Origin: Octopus bimaculoides
Lineage: Eukaryota
DNA: 64,000 nucleotides
NCBI RefSeq assembly: GCF_001194135.2
Contig: NC_068990.1
Location: forward strand, 31,180,476-31,244,475
Direction of reading: 5' to 3'
Shown: positions 51,693 through 63,544 of the stretch, in pieces
Position numbering within the stretch: the first letter of the stretch is position 1
Layout of the letters: each line of letters starts with the position of its first letter
Notes under the pieces: generated by a model
What the model saw: the letters and a program-made list of their open reading frames with translations, nothing else
What the model was told of the DNA's origin: nothing
The model's database searches: none
Made by a program: the position numbers and the translations under genes

Positions 51693-52093
51693 ATCATCAT
51701 CATCATCATCATCATCGTTTAACATCCGCTTTCCATGCTAGCATGGGTTGGACGATTTGACTGAGGACTGGTGAAACCGGATGGCTACACCAGGCTCCAA
51801 TCTAATTTGGCAGAGTTTCTACAGCTGGATGCCCTTCCTAATGCCAACCACTCAGAGAGTGTAGTGGGTGCTTTTACGTGTCACCCGCACGAAAACGGCC
51901 ACGCTCGAAATGGTGTCTTTTATGTGCCACCCGCACAAGAGCCAGTCCAGGGGCACTGGCAATGATCTCGCTCGAAAACCCTACAAGGCCAGTCAGGCGG
52001 TACTGGCAACGGTCACGCTCAGTATGGTACATCTTATGTGCCACCCGCACAAGAGCCAGTCCAGGGGCACTGGCAACGATCTCACTTGGCTTG
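51693..52093 (-). mobile_element. Young RTE-3'UTR-derived element with (GAT)n tail and internal direct repeat
   Basis: catcatcgtttaacatccgctttccatgctagcatgggttggacg..; the unit tatgtgccacccgcacaagagccagtccaggggcactggcaa occurs twice. Confidence 0.85.
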
Positions 52094-52144
52094 TATATAT
52101 ATATATATATATACCTATATATAATACGTATATATCTGTGTATG

Positions 52145-53547
52145 TTAGGGTGACCCCAGAAAACAAATTTGAGAAATGTTGAACTCTCAGTCCATCTGCC
52201 TGAAATTTGAAGATAATTCCATAGTATTTAGTGTTGCCACTAAGTGATTCAGTATTTCATTTTCAGCATGAAGTAAAACTTAATGTAATAAATAACTTGT
52301 AAGCGAGAGATAGTAAAAGTATTCCATTTATCAATATATAAAATAGTTAGTGCAGTGACCAAATTATCTGAACAATACAGCAAACACATATATATTCCAT
52401 ATGTCGGCCAAATGAGCTCCTCCTCTCCCTGCTTGTGTAAGGCTATACTTCACTCTATGCCATAGGCTGTATTCCCTAATCAGTATTGTTATAGCTTTTG
52501 TCATGTGTAAATGTGTCCAGTGCTCCACTGCCGTAATGTTTTGATTAAACATGTCTGTTTCAATGAAAAGAAGTGAAAAACAAATTTGGCTTACTGGATA
52601 TAAGATTGAAAAGATTAGTAGTAAAAAAACTCCTATCAGTTGGAGATGTATTATTGTGCCTTTTCTATCTCACACATGATAAGAAAACAGTGAAGGAAGG
52701 ATCAGATATTGTGTATTCAGAAATAAATGAGATCTGGGACAATGCTAAGATACCAATCAGGGACAAACAACATGTGCTTACCAAGATTCAAAAAAACGAA
52801 TGAACAATATAGATCACTTCAAAAAACAAAATCAAGAAGAAATCAAAATCAAACTGCAAATGAAACCAAATTTAAGGATTGCTTGGTTGACTTATTTGAC
52901 ATTGCTCATGCTGATGCAATGAAAATGATATCAAATGAAGAAGATCGTTTATTTCTAAATGCTCAGAGAGAAAAAGTAAGGCGAGGTTATATGAGTGCTA
53001 TCGACAGGAATTATGTTGCAAAGCAACAGAGGAAATGCAAACGGGTAAAAGAAGAGAAGGGATGTAGAGATTTTTGCAAGAAAGAGCAATCAGTTGTTAC
53101 TTTGGAAAGCAGCAGTGATAACAGTAGTGGTGAGTGTAATGATGAGCCACTACCTAGATCATCCAAAACTCCTCCCAGTAAAAGATCAAAAACTTATGAG
53201 CAAATAATACAGGCTGATGTGGCAGTGGCTTTGGATGGTGCTAAAATAAGTGATCACAGTGCAATGTTAGTAGTATCTGCAACTGCTTCAGCAGTAGAAA
53301 AGATATTCCATATGCATATGCACATAACAAGTAATGTACACGTATATATGTTTGCTGATATTTATATATGTGCGTGTGAGTATGTATATTACGATAACAC
53401 ATCAGCCTTGTGGCACTACCAAATATTGTTCAATCATACTGAAAATTCACTAAGGACGTTTTTATACCTAACCTCATAATCTGCAGGAGTGAGATATATA
53501 AAAATTAAGAAATGTAAAAATCACCCTTATAAAATGGGTCACCCTAA
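52145..53547 (+). mobile_element. Internally deleted DNA transposon, hAT-like (probably hATm type), with N-terminal transposase remnant
   Basis: Perfect 12-bp TIR ttagggtgaccc / gggtcaccctaa. Frameshifted ORFs 52573-52803 and 52727-53479 give ..EIWDNAKIPIRDKQHVLTK..LFDIAHADAMKMISNEEDRLFLNAQREK.RRG. No catalytic domain and no clean TSD. Confidence 0.7.
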
Positions 53548-54994
53548 TATATATATTTTAAATAATTGATAGGGAAGACGGAGTGTACTGCAGGCTTTAT
53601 GTAGAACAATGATCATTCTGGCTTAAATCTGCACTGCTCCCTAGTGGGTGGGAAATGATATAGTGGAATCAAATGCACCCCACAGTGCAGAAGAAACCTC
53701 ACCAGGTTACATAATACGTTACAGTGTTATAATACATGCATACATTTTCTTATTGTGTGTGACAGGATGGTACACAATGTTTGGATGCTACATTTAAAAA
53801 TCTCCTATCTAAACTTTAATTTTAGACATAACCTGTATATATATATAAGTGAGTAGTATAAGATGATTCAGAGGATCATGTGACTATGATAGAAAACTCC
53901 TCTTACAGACTTGGTTATCAGTTCACATAGCAATTAATTACAAAGAAGTGTAACAGTGTGTCCATGAAGCTGAAAACCAGAAAACCCGATTGATGAAATT
54001 ATTTCATGAGGAGTATATAAAACTAAAAAGTCAGGAGGTGTAAGAGGTGAATATATATCTATTTAGCCACGTGACTTCTATAGAGTCACAGCTATTTAGT
54101 TTTTATTCCAGTATGCAAACATGTATGCATAATTTCTTCCATACTGAAATTAATACTACATGAAGAAGGTTGCGAAACAGCCATGATCCTATGAAAGTCA
54201 TGTAGTTAGATATATTTTCACCTTCCATAGTTTCTGACTTTATGGATGTGTGTGTTTGTGTGTGTGTATACACACACACATATATATAGTTACATATACA
54301 TACATAAATACACACATCTACACATACTTGATTTACAAAAAACAAGTTATAATTAATTTCAAAATCATTAGAATTGGTGATTTGGAAATGGCCATGAAAA
54401 TTTTTGAAGAGGTTTTGTACAGGAAAAGAAAATTTAAATATATAAAAAAGAATAGTTGGATACAGAACTACTTTGTATTGATTAAAAAACAATTAAATTG
54501 ACTTAAACCAATAGTCTTCAAAAGAACAAAAAAATGAGACGTGAAAATATCAATGAAGTATGATGTATTTCTTTCCATATTTTATAACGGCATATTTTCC
54601 AATCATTTTTATGTGCAATGTATGTATAAAATAAACATATCCTTAGGCTTTCGTGAAACCAATTTCTATTCATGATAAGGATTTTTGATACTTTCATGTA
54701 CCATTCTCCAGGATTGTATTGCAAGGAAAAGGAAAAAAATGTCAATGCAAGTCAGAGGAATATATTTTCAAAATTTGCCTGCAATTTTCTAAGCTAATAT
54801 TTGTAGGACTTCTTTTGATGTAGTTGATTTTACTTGTGGATACTGCTTCAGCAACTAACTAATCAACCATGAAATATTACTATAATTGACAGTCAGAAAA
54901 AAATTGTAGAAGAAATTGTTGTAGAAAGCTTTAAAAAATGTATTTGCAGAAACATGGTACCTGGAAAAGGTTTGAAAATACACTAAATGACATG

Positions 54995-55160
54995 AGTGAT
55001 TAATAGGAGGAGGAGGAGGAGCTGCTGCCATTGCCACCACCACCACCACTATCTAATGCCTGCTTTCCATGCTGGATGGTTTGATAGAGTCCAGCAAGCT
55101 CCAGAGTCAGATTTGAAATGTTTTCTACAGTTGGATGCCCTTCTTAACAAGGTACTTTTT
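54995..55160 (-). mobile_element. Decayed RTE-tail element
   Basis: ctttccatgctggatgg..ttttctacagttggatgcccttctt. Confidence 0.6.
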
Positions 55161-55364
55161 TATTTTGTGCTACTGGCACCAAGTAATCTCAAGAGGACAT
55201 TAAGGCCAAAGTTATCTTGCTATAGAAGACATGGTTACCCTACATTGTGTATTATTTATAATGTTTAAGAGGAAAACAAAAACTACCACTGTATTAGATA
55301 TTCAGTATTTTATCCTTGCAACAAAAATTAAAACTTTTTCTTTTTAACATTTCTCTGATATAAT

Positions 55365-55521
55365 GCGTTAGGAAGGGCATCCAGCTGTAGAAACTCTGCC
55401 AAATTTAGATTGGAGCCTGGTGTTGCCATCCGGTTTCACCAGTCCTCAGTCAAATTGTCCAACCCATGCTAGCATGGAAAGCGGACGTTAAACGATGATG
55501 ATGATGATGATGATGATGATG
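55365..55521 (+). mobile_element. Young, extremely 5'-truncated RTE-tail element with (GAT)n tail
   Basis: gcgttaggaagggcatccagctgtagaaac..gcatggaaagcggacgttaaacgatgatgatg. Confidence 0.85.
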
Positions 55522-55699
55522 AATTTATGTTGAAGCTATTTGAACAGAACAGTAGTTTCCATCCTTGAAGACCTACATATAAGGATATATATGTGCACAT
55601 GTGTTAGAAATATATACATATATATACCTGGTAAAGATAAGTTCACAACTAAGTATGAATGAAGAACATTAAGAACTGACAATGATTAAAGCACCTTAA

Positions 55700-55919
55700 C
55701 TCTTTCGTTATTGTATTTATTTTGAGATGCTCTGTGTTTCTTTCAATTACTTTAAATATAACAAAGAATTTAGTAAAATAACTCAGTTATCATTCAGCTA
55801 GTTTTAGGAACATAAATTGTGACTAAAGTTTGGTGGAAGATTTTAATTCAAAACTTATGAAAACAAGACATCTGTACTCAGAGCCAGAGCTGGTTTCTGC
55901 CAGGTTGGTAACGAAAGAG
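55700..55919 (-). mobile_element. piggyBac-like MITE (220 bp), inverse of 50867-51086
   Basis: TTAA|ctctttcgtta ... taacgaaagag|TTAA. Confidence 0.85.
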
Positions 55920-57269
55920 TTAAAGTAAATATCAAAAATTCTTTGTTCATACCTATGTTAAATATAAAATTATTTACCTAAACTGAACTTATAAATGGAA
56001 AAATTTTTTTTTTTTAACGGGATATATTACATTAAAAGGCATTCACAAGCAAAGACTGAGTCAGACAAAAAGAACTTAAAAAATCACCATTACAGGTAGC
56101 TACAGATGTAGACAAGCACTCAAAGACAAGCAAATCAGTAAAACTCACAAAATACATAACTACTAAACTTTGAACAAATTCTCATGTGTTTATAACAGTG
56201 ACTAATGCCCTGAGATCTACCAGTGGGTACTAACTTTTGGTTTCTATTTATATGTACTATGGGTCAGCATTCGCATTTAACTAAATCACTAAATATATAA
56301 GTTAATGTTCAATTTTTAGATATAGTTTTTAAAGATATTCCCTTGAAACAGTTTCAGTCTACTTGTAACAAGGTTTCAATTACAGGTTAAAGGAATTTTG
56401 GAAAATTGATGTAAGGTTTTCAAATTTCAAATTGCTTTTAATAAGTATATTGATATTTCAAAGGGCAAAATTAACTAATCCTTAAAAATGAAATATTTAA
56501 ATCAATTATGATAACTTAAAGAAAATGAAATTCAATAATTACTGTGGATGATTAACTTTCCATTTTCTATAATGTACAAGTTCTGTCCAATGAAGACTTG
56601 TAAATTACAGATGAAATTGTTCTGACAGTTAAATGAAACATTGCCCCCCCCCCCAAGACAAAAAANNNNNNNNNNNNNNNNNNNNNNNNNNNNNNNNNNN
56701 NNNNNNNNNNNNNNNNNNNNNNNNNNNNNNNNNNNNNNNNNNNNNNNNNNNNNNNNNNNNNNNNNNNNNNNNNNNNNNNNNNNNNNNNNNNNNNNNNNNN
56801 NNNNNNNNNNNNNNNNNNNNNNNNNNNNNNNNNNNNNNNNNNNNNNNNNNNNNNNNNNNNNNNNNNNNNNNNNNNNNNNNNNNNNNNNNNNNNNNNNNNN
56901 NNNNNNNNNNNNNNNNNNNNNNNNNNNNNNNNNNNNNNNNNNNNNNNNNNNNNNNNNNNNNNNNNNNNNNNNNNNNNNNNNNNNNNNNNNNNNNNNNNNN
57001 NNNNNNNNNNNNNNNNNNNNNNNNNNNNNNNNNNNNNNNNNNNNNNNNNNNNNNNNNNNNNNNNNNNNNNNNNNNNNNNNNNNNNNNNNNNNNNNNNNNN
57101 NNNNNNNNNNNNNNNNNNNNNNNNNNNNNNNNNNNNNNNNNNNNNNNNNNNNNNNNNNNNNNNNNNNNNNNNATATATATATATATAAATAAATATATAT
57201 ACAGATATATATATATACATATATATATATATCATCGTTTAACGTCCGCCTTCCATGCTAGCATGGGTT

Positions 57270-57317
<48 letters not shown>

Positions 57318-57485
57318 GCATATATATATGTACATGTACACATATATATGTAAATGTATAGAATCTGAAAAGAGTATTCCCACCAAAGTAGCTGCTCAGG
57401 TATTTCCAGCTTCAAAATAATGTGTGTGTGTGTGTGCATGTCAGCATGTGTGACTATATACCAATGTGTGCGCGTGCACACACAC

Positions 57486-57915
57486 AAGTGTGGCTGTGTA
57501 GTTAAGAAGTTTGCTTCCCAACCACATAGGTTAAGTCCTGGGTAAGTGTCTTCTGTTATAACCCTGGACCAATGAAAGTTTGGTGATAGATTTGGTATGT
57601 GTGTGTGATAGATTTGGTATTTGGTTCATGATCATGAGGTTGTGAGTTTGGTCCCTGGTGGTGCATTGTGTCCTTGCACAAGACACTTTATTTCCCATGG
57701 CTCCAGTCCACACAGCTGGCAAAAATGTGTTGTACCTGTAATTCAAAGGGCCAACCTAGTCATACTCTGTGTCATGGTGAGTCTCACTAATAACTAAGTT
57801 AGGGGTATGCGTATCTGTGGAGTGCTTGGCCACTAGCACGTTAATTTCTGAGTTGGGTGTTCAGTTGATCATATTTACTGGAACACTTGTTGTAACTGAT
57901 GGGGAGCCAGGCCAT
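57486..57915 (+). mobile_element. Family A SINE head (57486-57600) followed by a CORE-like-head SINE sharing the family C 3' half (about 57625-57915)
   Basis: tgtgtccttgcacaagacactttatttccc..ctccagtccacacagctg, then tgtacctgtaattcaaagggcc..ctgtggagtgc..gcacgttaatttc. Confidence 0.7.
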
Positions 57916-58642
57916 TGGCATCATTGTATTATCCACTTTTTTATGTTTACATGGGTTGGACTGAGTTTGTCGAAGTAGATTGTCTATCACCAGATGCCCA
58001 TCCTATAACTACCCTTCACCGGTTTCCAAGCAAGGCAATATATGTGTCTTGAGTATAACCAGCTGAAATTGCAAAGATAATCTGGAACTCGACTGAGGAA
58101 AGAAAACTTCAAATGACCCATCCGTGTTTTTTCCTGTCCCTCTTTTGTAATATCTGTCTGAATGTTTTGTTGTCCCTTTTATTTGTATCATCTAGCTGCC
58201 TGGATGTTTTGCATTCTTGTCCCATTTTTGTATTCCTTTATATATATATATATATATNNNNNNNNNNNNNNNNNNNNNNNNNNNNNNNNNNNNNNNNNNN
58301 NNNNNNNNNNNNNNNNNNNNNNNNNNNNNNNNNNNNNNNNNNNNNNNNNNNNNNNNNNNNNNNNNNNNNNNNNNNNNNNNNNNNNNNNNNNNNNNNNNNN
58401 NNNNNNNNNNNNNNNNNNNNNNNNNNNNNNNNNNNNNNNNNNNNNNNNNNNNNNNNNNNNNNNNNNNNNNNNNNNNNNNNNNNNNNNNNNNNNNNNNNNN
58501 NNNNNNNNNNNNNNNNNNNNNNNNNNNNNNNNNNNNNNNNNNNNNNGTCCCATGGATCGCAGATTAAATTTGTATACGCAAATTAAATCTAGCCATGGAG
58601 GAATGTAGTGGCGGACAAAACACAAGACAGGAAAACAAACAG

Positions 58643-58687
<45 letters not shown>

Positions 58688-59659
58688 TAAATATGTATAT
58701 ATGTATATACACACACACACACACACATATATATACAAATAAGTGTATATCCTTCTATTAATGGACATTCAGTATATGTTTATGTGTTTGTGATGCTATA
58801 TTTATACAGGAAAATGAACAAGAATTTTAAAACACATACAAACAACATAATTGCACATAAGTACTTGAACTGTATAGACATTGAAACACATGTGAGTTGA
58901 TATATCACATATAAACATAACAAGAATGGTAAACAGAAACATATAAATGTATGTAAATAAAATTGTTAAAAAAGAAATGATACTTCAAAATACACTGCAC
59001 TACAACATAGCACTACGTTAAATACTTTTATAACTCATTCTTCAAAATGAACTCCATAATGTTCATTTATATGATGTATCATGTACACATATCAGATGAG
59101 ATGGGTTTGTCCTACAAGCCTACAAAGCTAAGTCATATGGAGCTGAGACAAATTGTTATCAAATAATACACACACACATGCAATATTACATAATGCTTAA
59201 AGTAAATGGAACTTGTGGAAAAGGGAGGCGCAAGAAGACATGAAAAATGAAATAGCGAAAGCTGATGAGAAGCTGTTGAGCCTCATGGTGATTACAAAGG
59301 AGTGAAATGATAGGCATTTCATTGTGCATGAGAAGACTCATCTGTCGTAGCGAAAGTGTGGTCTTAAAAGCATTATGTTTATGTCTATCTATTCACTGGA
59401 TCCCACTTTTGCATTGTCTGACCCCTTTAAGCTTACCCCCACCTCTCATCTTGCTAACATCCATCCTTTTATCACTCTTCTAACAGTGGTATTATTCAGT
59501 GCCATTGTTAGGCAGCAGATTCTGCACATATTTCACCCCCTTGGTGCAAGTAGTTATCTTCCCCTCTTCTTGAGACCTATACTTGTGACATCCATCCCAC
59601 ATCCTCAGTATCATCCCTTCTCACTTTATTTTCCATATGATTCTGAGTTCAGTCTCATT

Positions 59660-59900
59660 GTATGGCACTGTAGGCAAGTGCATTCTATTATAGCTCAGGC
59701 CAACTAAAGCATTGCGAGTAGATTTGGAACGAAGAACCTGAGAGAGCAGCCTGCTCATTGAATTATGTGAAATGGCTGACTATTCCACAGTCATGTGTGT
59801 ACTCTTGACATTCATTGTGATAGTAGTTGTCTCGTAATGTTTTCCTATCAAGTTATGTTTTGTGCTGCATGACTTGGTGCAAGAAGACACAGGTATCCTT
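59660..59900. mobile_element. Abutting decayed SINE pieces (family A +, family C-like -)
   Basis: ggcaagtgcattctattatagctcaggcc followed by cagcctgctcattgaatt..tattccacag. Confidence 0.55.
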
Positions 59901-60183
59901 TGAAACCCTCACATATCATTATTAATATAAACTGGACACTGAAGTTTGAAAATTGAATGAATAAGGAATGTGTTTATATGATTATACAAGTCTTGGTATC
60001 ATACTTGAAATAAAGGGTGGATATATGTTTAAATTAAATGACAGATAGATGAATATATTTTTTTGAAAACAAAGGAAATTAAGAACAGAATATTTAATAT
60101 GCAAATAAATTTAGTGATATTTCAAACATGTACACAATGAATCTCTTGATGATCTGCAAAATTACATTACTATGTCTACTCAC

Positions 60184-60288
60184 CGATAACAAACTCAAAA
60201 TAATAGAGATCTTCAATTGCATCTCGTAATAATCGCATATCATTTTCAGAAAATTTAACTTTACATAATTCACGTTTTTGTTCATCCT
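60184..60288 (-). CDS. TM9SF1: TM9SF1 coding exon (most 5' exon found in window), lumenal domain
   Basis: ttttcttcag|AG GAT GAA...GTT ATC G|gtgagt. Translates xDEQKRELCKVKFSENDMRLLRDAIEDLYYFEFVI(D), matching human TM9SF1 LRQAIEELYYFEFVVD from recall. Phase 1 end joins the phase of exon 30671-30789. Confidence 0.93.
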
Positions 60289-60750
60289 CTGAAGAAAAGA
60301 ATACAGAAACAATGCAAAAGTAGTTTTAAAAACAAGAAGTAATTAACAAAAACAAAGAAACAAAAAAAAAAATACAATTAATTAAACTTTTCCTAAATGT
60401 TATCTGTATAATTTTGCAACTTTATTTATGATAATTATACTTTTGAAGATATATATTTATGATAAAATAAAGTTACTTCAAAGTGGTGAAATTGGGAATA
60501 TTATTTTTTTGTTTCAAAGCATAAAAGTGAAAAAATTTACATCAGTAATTTTAGGTGCACATTGCCTTTACCAAAAATATTGACTAGACATATTAAGGTT
60601 CCAGCAGTATAAGTGAATGTCATGCAGATTTTGTTCACTTCACCTTTGCAAACAAGCTAAGATTCGCTAACATTATTGTACAATAGTAGACCTAATTTAT
60701 TTCATCAGTGTTCAGCAGTAATGGAAATTGATGCAAGTGAGGATTATATC

Positions 60751-61478
60751 AGGGGGATGGCTTTCCTACACTTTTCAGCTTATGTCTAACCTCCGACTGA
60801 TTCCCAGCCTCAGCTTTGCAGACTTTAGTGTAACTCTACTTTCTAAAACCCCTTTCCATCATTGGTTTTCAGTATCCTATACTGAAGCACAACAGAATGC
60901 AAAGTGTAAGAGTTGAACACTCATCTAATTTGTAAAAAATATAATTGGAAGGCTATGTATATGACATGATGACATGAAAAACATTTTTTATAAAGAAATT
61001 TTGTTAAATATTTAAATATATTTTGAAATTAAAGTTCTTTCACATTTCCCTATTTGATAACATCAATTTGATTTTCATTAAAAGTTATAAAGCTATTTCG
61101 CTGTTTATTTATTTCAATGTTTCTTATAAATGTTTAAAAGTTATTTTCTTGATTTGTTGATTTCCCTTTCATATTTCACTATTTTATAGTTTTGATTTTA
61201 CTTTAAAAGATAATACAAGAATACCTAGGGGATGGATTTCCTATACTTTTCAGCCTATAATGTCTAACCTTCAACTGATTCCCAGCCTCAGAGCTCTAGA
61301 TGGATGTTCAACTCTTATACCTTGCATTCTAGTGTGCTTCAGTATACAATACTGAACACCAATGATGGAAAGGAGTTTTAGAAAGTAGACTTAAATTCAA
61401 GGCTGCAAAGCTGAAACTGGGAATCAGTTGGCAGTTAGACATTATAAGCTGAAAAGTGTAGGGAATCCATCCTCCTAG
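60751..61478. mobile_element. Foldback/MITE pair: partial copy 60751-60927 and a 254-bp copy 61225-61478 with TIRs of about 67 bp
   Basis: ggggatggatttcctatacttttcagc..gattcccagcctcag recurs directly (60751, 61225) and inverted (ending 61478). Confidence 0.8.
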
Positions 61479-61984
61479 TATACATATATTATTTTTAAAG
61501 ATGTATATATTGACTTATACTGACTTCCTTAATGAGTGCAAAAACTAAAATCATTATACAGTCGAGACTGCATGTTATCAAAGGATCTGATAATAACAGT
61601 TTTGTGCATTTTATAATGCTGAAAAATTGCCAAAGTAGATCACTATTTATGACAATTAAGAGATACATAATTCAGAAATATCATAGAAATGAGTTGTAAA
61701 AAAGACCTGTCCTTCTTTCATTGATAGCAAAAGTCAGTGCAGTGTCACAAGTAGATGAAATAAAATAACTAAATTAAAATTCTAGATGAGAAAAATTATT
61801 GGTACTTATTTGCAATATGCTAATTTCTAAATTAATTTAATTTTCTGAAAACAAATATACAAGATATATGTTTGGTGAGGGAAGATGCAATAACCACAGT
61901 AATGATAAAGAGCTTTAAATCAAGCAAAAGCATATAAAAGAATTGTTTAAAAGCAAAGTGATAGGTAGGAATTATATATAGTAG

Positions 61985-62174
61985 GTGCAGGAGTGGCTGT
62001 GTAGTAAGTAGCTTGCTTACCAACCACATGGTTCCGGGTTCAGTCACACTGCGTGGCGCCTTGGGCAATATAGCCTTGGGCAATATAGCCTTGGGCCGAC
62101 CAAAACCTTGTGAATGGATTTGGTAGACGGAAACTGAAAGAAGCCCGTCATATGTGTATATATATGTGTGTATA

Positions 62175-62217
<43 letters not shown>

Positions 62218-62432
62218 NNNNNNNNNNNNNNNNNNNNNNNNNNNNNNNNNNNNNNNNNNNNNNNNNNNNNNNNNNNNNNNNNNNNNCTGATGTTGGTGAG
62301 TCTACGTCCCTGTAACTCAGTGGTTCGGCAAGCGAGACCGATAGAATAAGTGCTGGGCTTACAAAGAATAAGTTCTGGGGTCAATTTGTTTGACTAAAGG
62401 CAGTGCTCCAGCATGACCGCAGTCAAATGAGT
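61985..62432 (+). mobile_element. SINE family A spanning an N gap
   Basis: gcaggagtggctgtgtagtaagtagc..ggttccgggttcagtcac..cagtgctccagcatgaccgcagtcaaatga; local 15-bp slippage gccttgggcaatata x2. Confidence 0.88.
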
Positions 62433-63323
62433 AGTTAGGCAGAAACATACTGGATTTACTTAAGACCATATGCTTATGCTTCAGATGCACGAGTAAGAAG
62501 CAAGAAATAGAAAGTGCAAAGTAGAGAGCTTGACCTATAAGAAATAATAGCCAAAATCACCCATAAATCATATTCTATTATCTAAAAAGAAAGGACACAA
62601 TGAATTATGTAGTTTTATTTCACATTTAAAAAAAAGAGTCATGAATAGAATTTCTTTGACAATGGATCTATCATATCAAAGTTGACCTGATCAAAACAAG
62701 GGCAGCTAAAGTGACACTATATATAATTCAAAATTATAAGAACCACTTAAAACATCAATGACTTCCATGCTGTTGGCAGAAGGTACAAAAATTCATAACA
62801 TATCAATGATTAAACACACTATAGGCATTCGGTAGCATAACAGTAGGGGAAAAAAGTACATTATTTTATTAACAATATATGTCATTATTGCCTGGAAATC
62901 ATAATTTTTCCTTCAGTAATAAAAATCAAAACAAAAAACAAAAACACTAACTGGCACACTTATGCCCCCACCACCATACTAAACAGTAGACAAACACACA
63001 CACACATGACCTACACTTCAAAAGACATGGGTAAAAATTATTTGACCACTCAGACACTTATGTAATGCAATCAATAGCTATTGTTCCTTCCAGCTGACCC
63101 CAAAACTGCATGTCCATATTAAGGTCACACCAGAATGATACTGCATTGTATTTCCCCAACCTGAGTCAAACAAACAGAAATTCATGCATACAGCAAAATA
63201 ACCAAAGCCAGACCTTGTGTATAAATGGTAATTAACTTTAGTGGACGACAAAGTTCAAGATGCTTACACACTAGCTTGTCTCCCTTGTAACCACCACAAA
63301 ATCATTAATCATTCAAAATTCAA

Positions 63324-63544
63324 CCCTTTAGTGTTCACATTATTGTGCCAAAATTAATGCTTTTTCATCTACATTGTTTTGAACTAATCATACATTATCT
63401 TGTAGCTATGTGATTTTGATGAGGTAGCTGTTAATTTTTAAAACAATATTGTAAGGTTGGTGCAAGAGACCAGATCTGGCCAGTTTGAACATAAAACAGG
63501 CAGAATACTTTTGGCCGGATATGGCCGGTTTAAATGCTAAAGGG
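63324..63544 (-). mobile_element. piggyBac-like MITE, second subfamily
   Basis: tcaa|ccctttag ... ggccggatatggccggtttaaatgctaaaggg|TTAA. Confidence 0.8.

Noticed and set aside
51920-52085. CRISPR-like repeat-spacer-repeat
   Set aside because: Only two units, internal sub-repeats of the RTE 3'UTR, eukaryotic context, no cas genes
48891-58724. Long ORFs containing X runs
   Set aside because: Artefacts of N gaps
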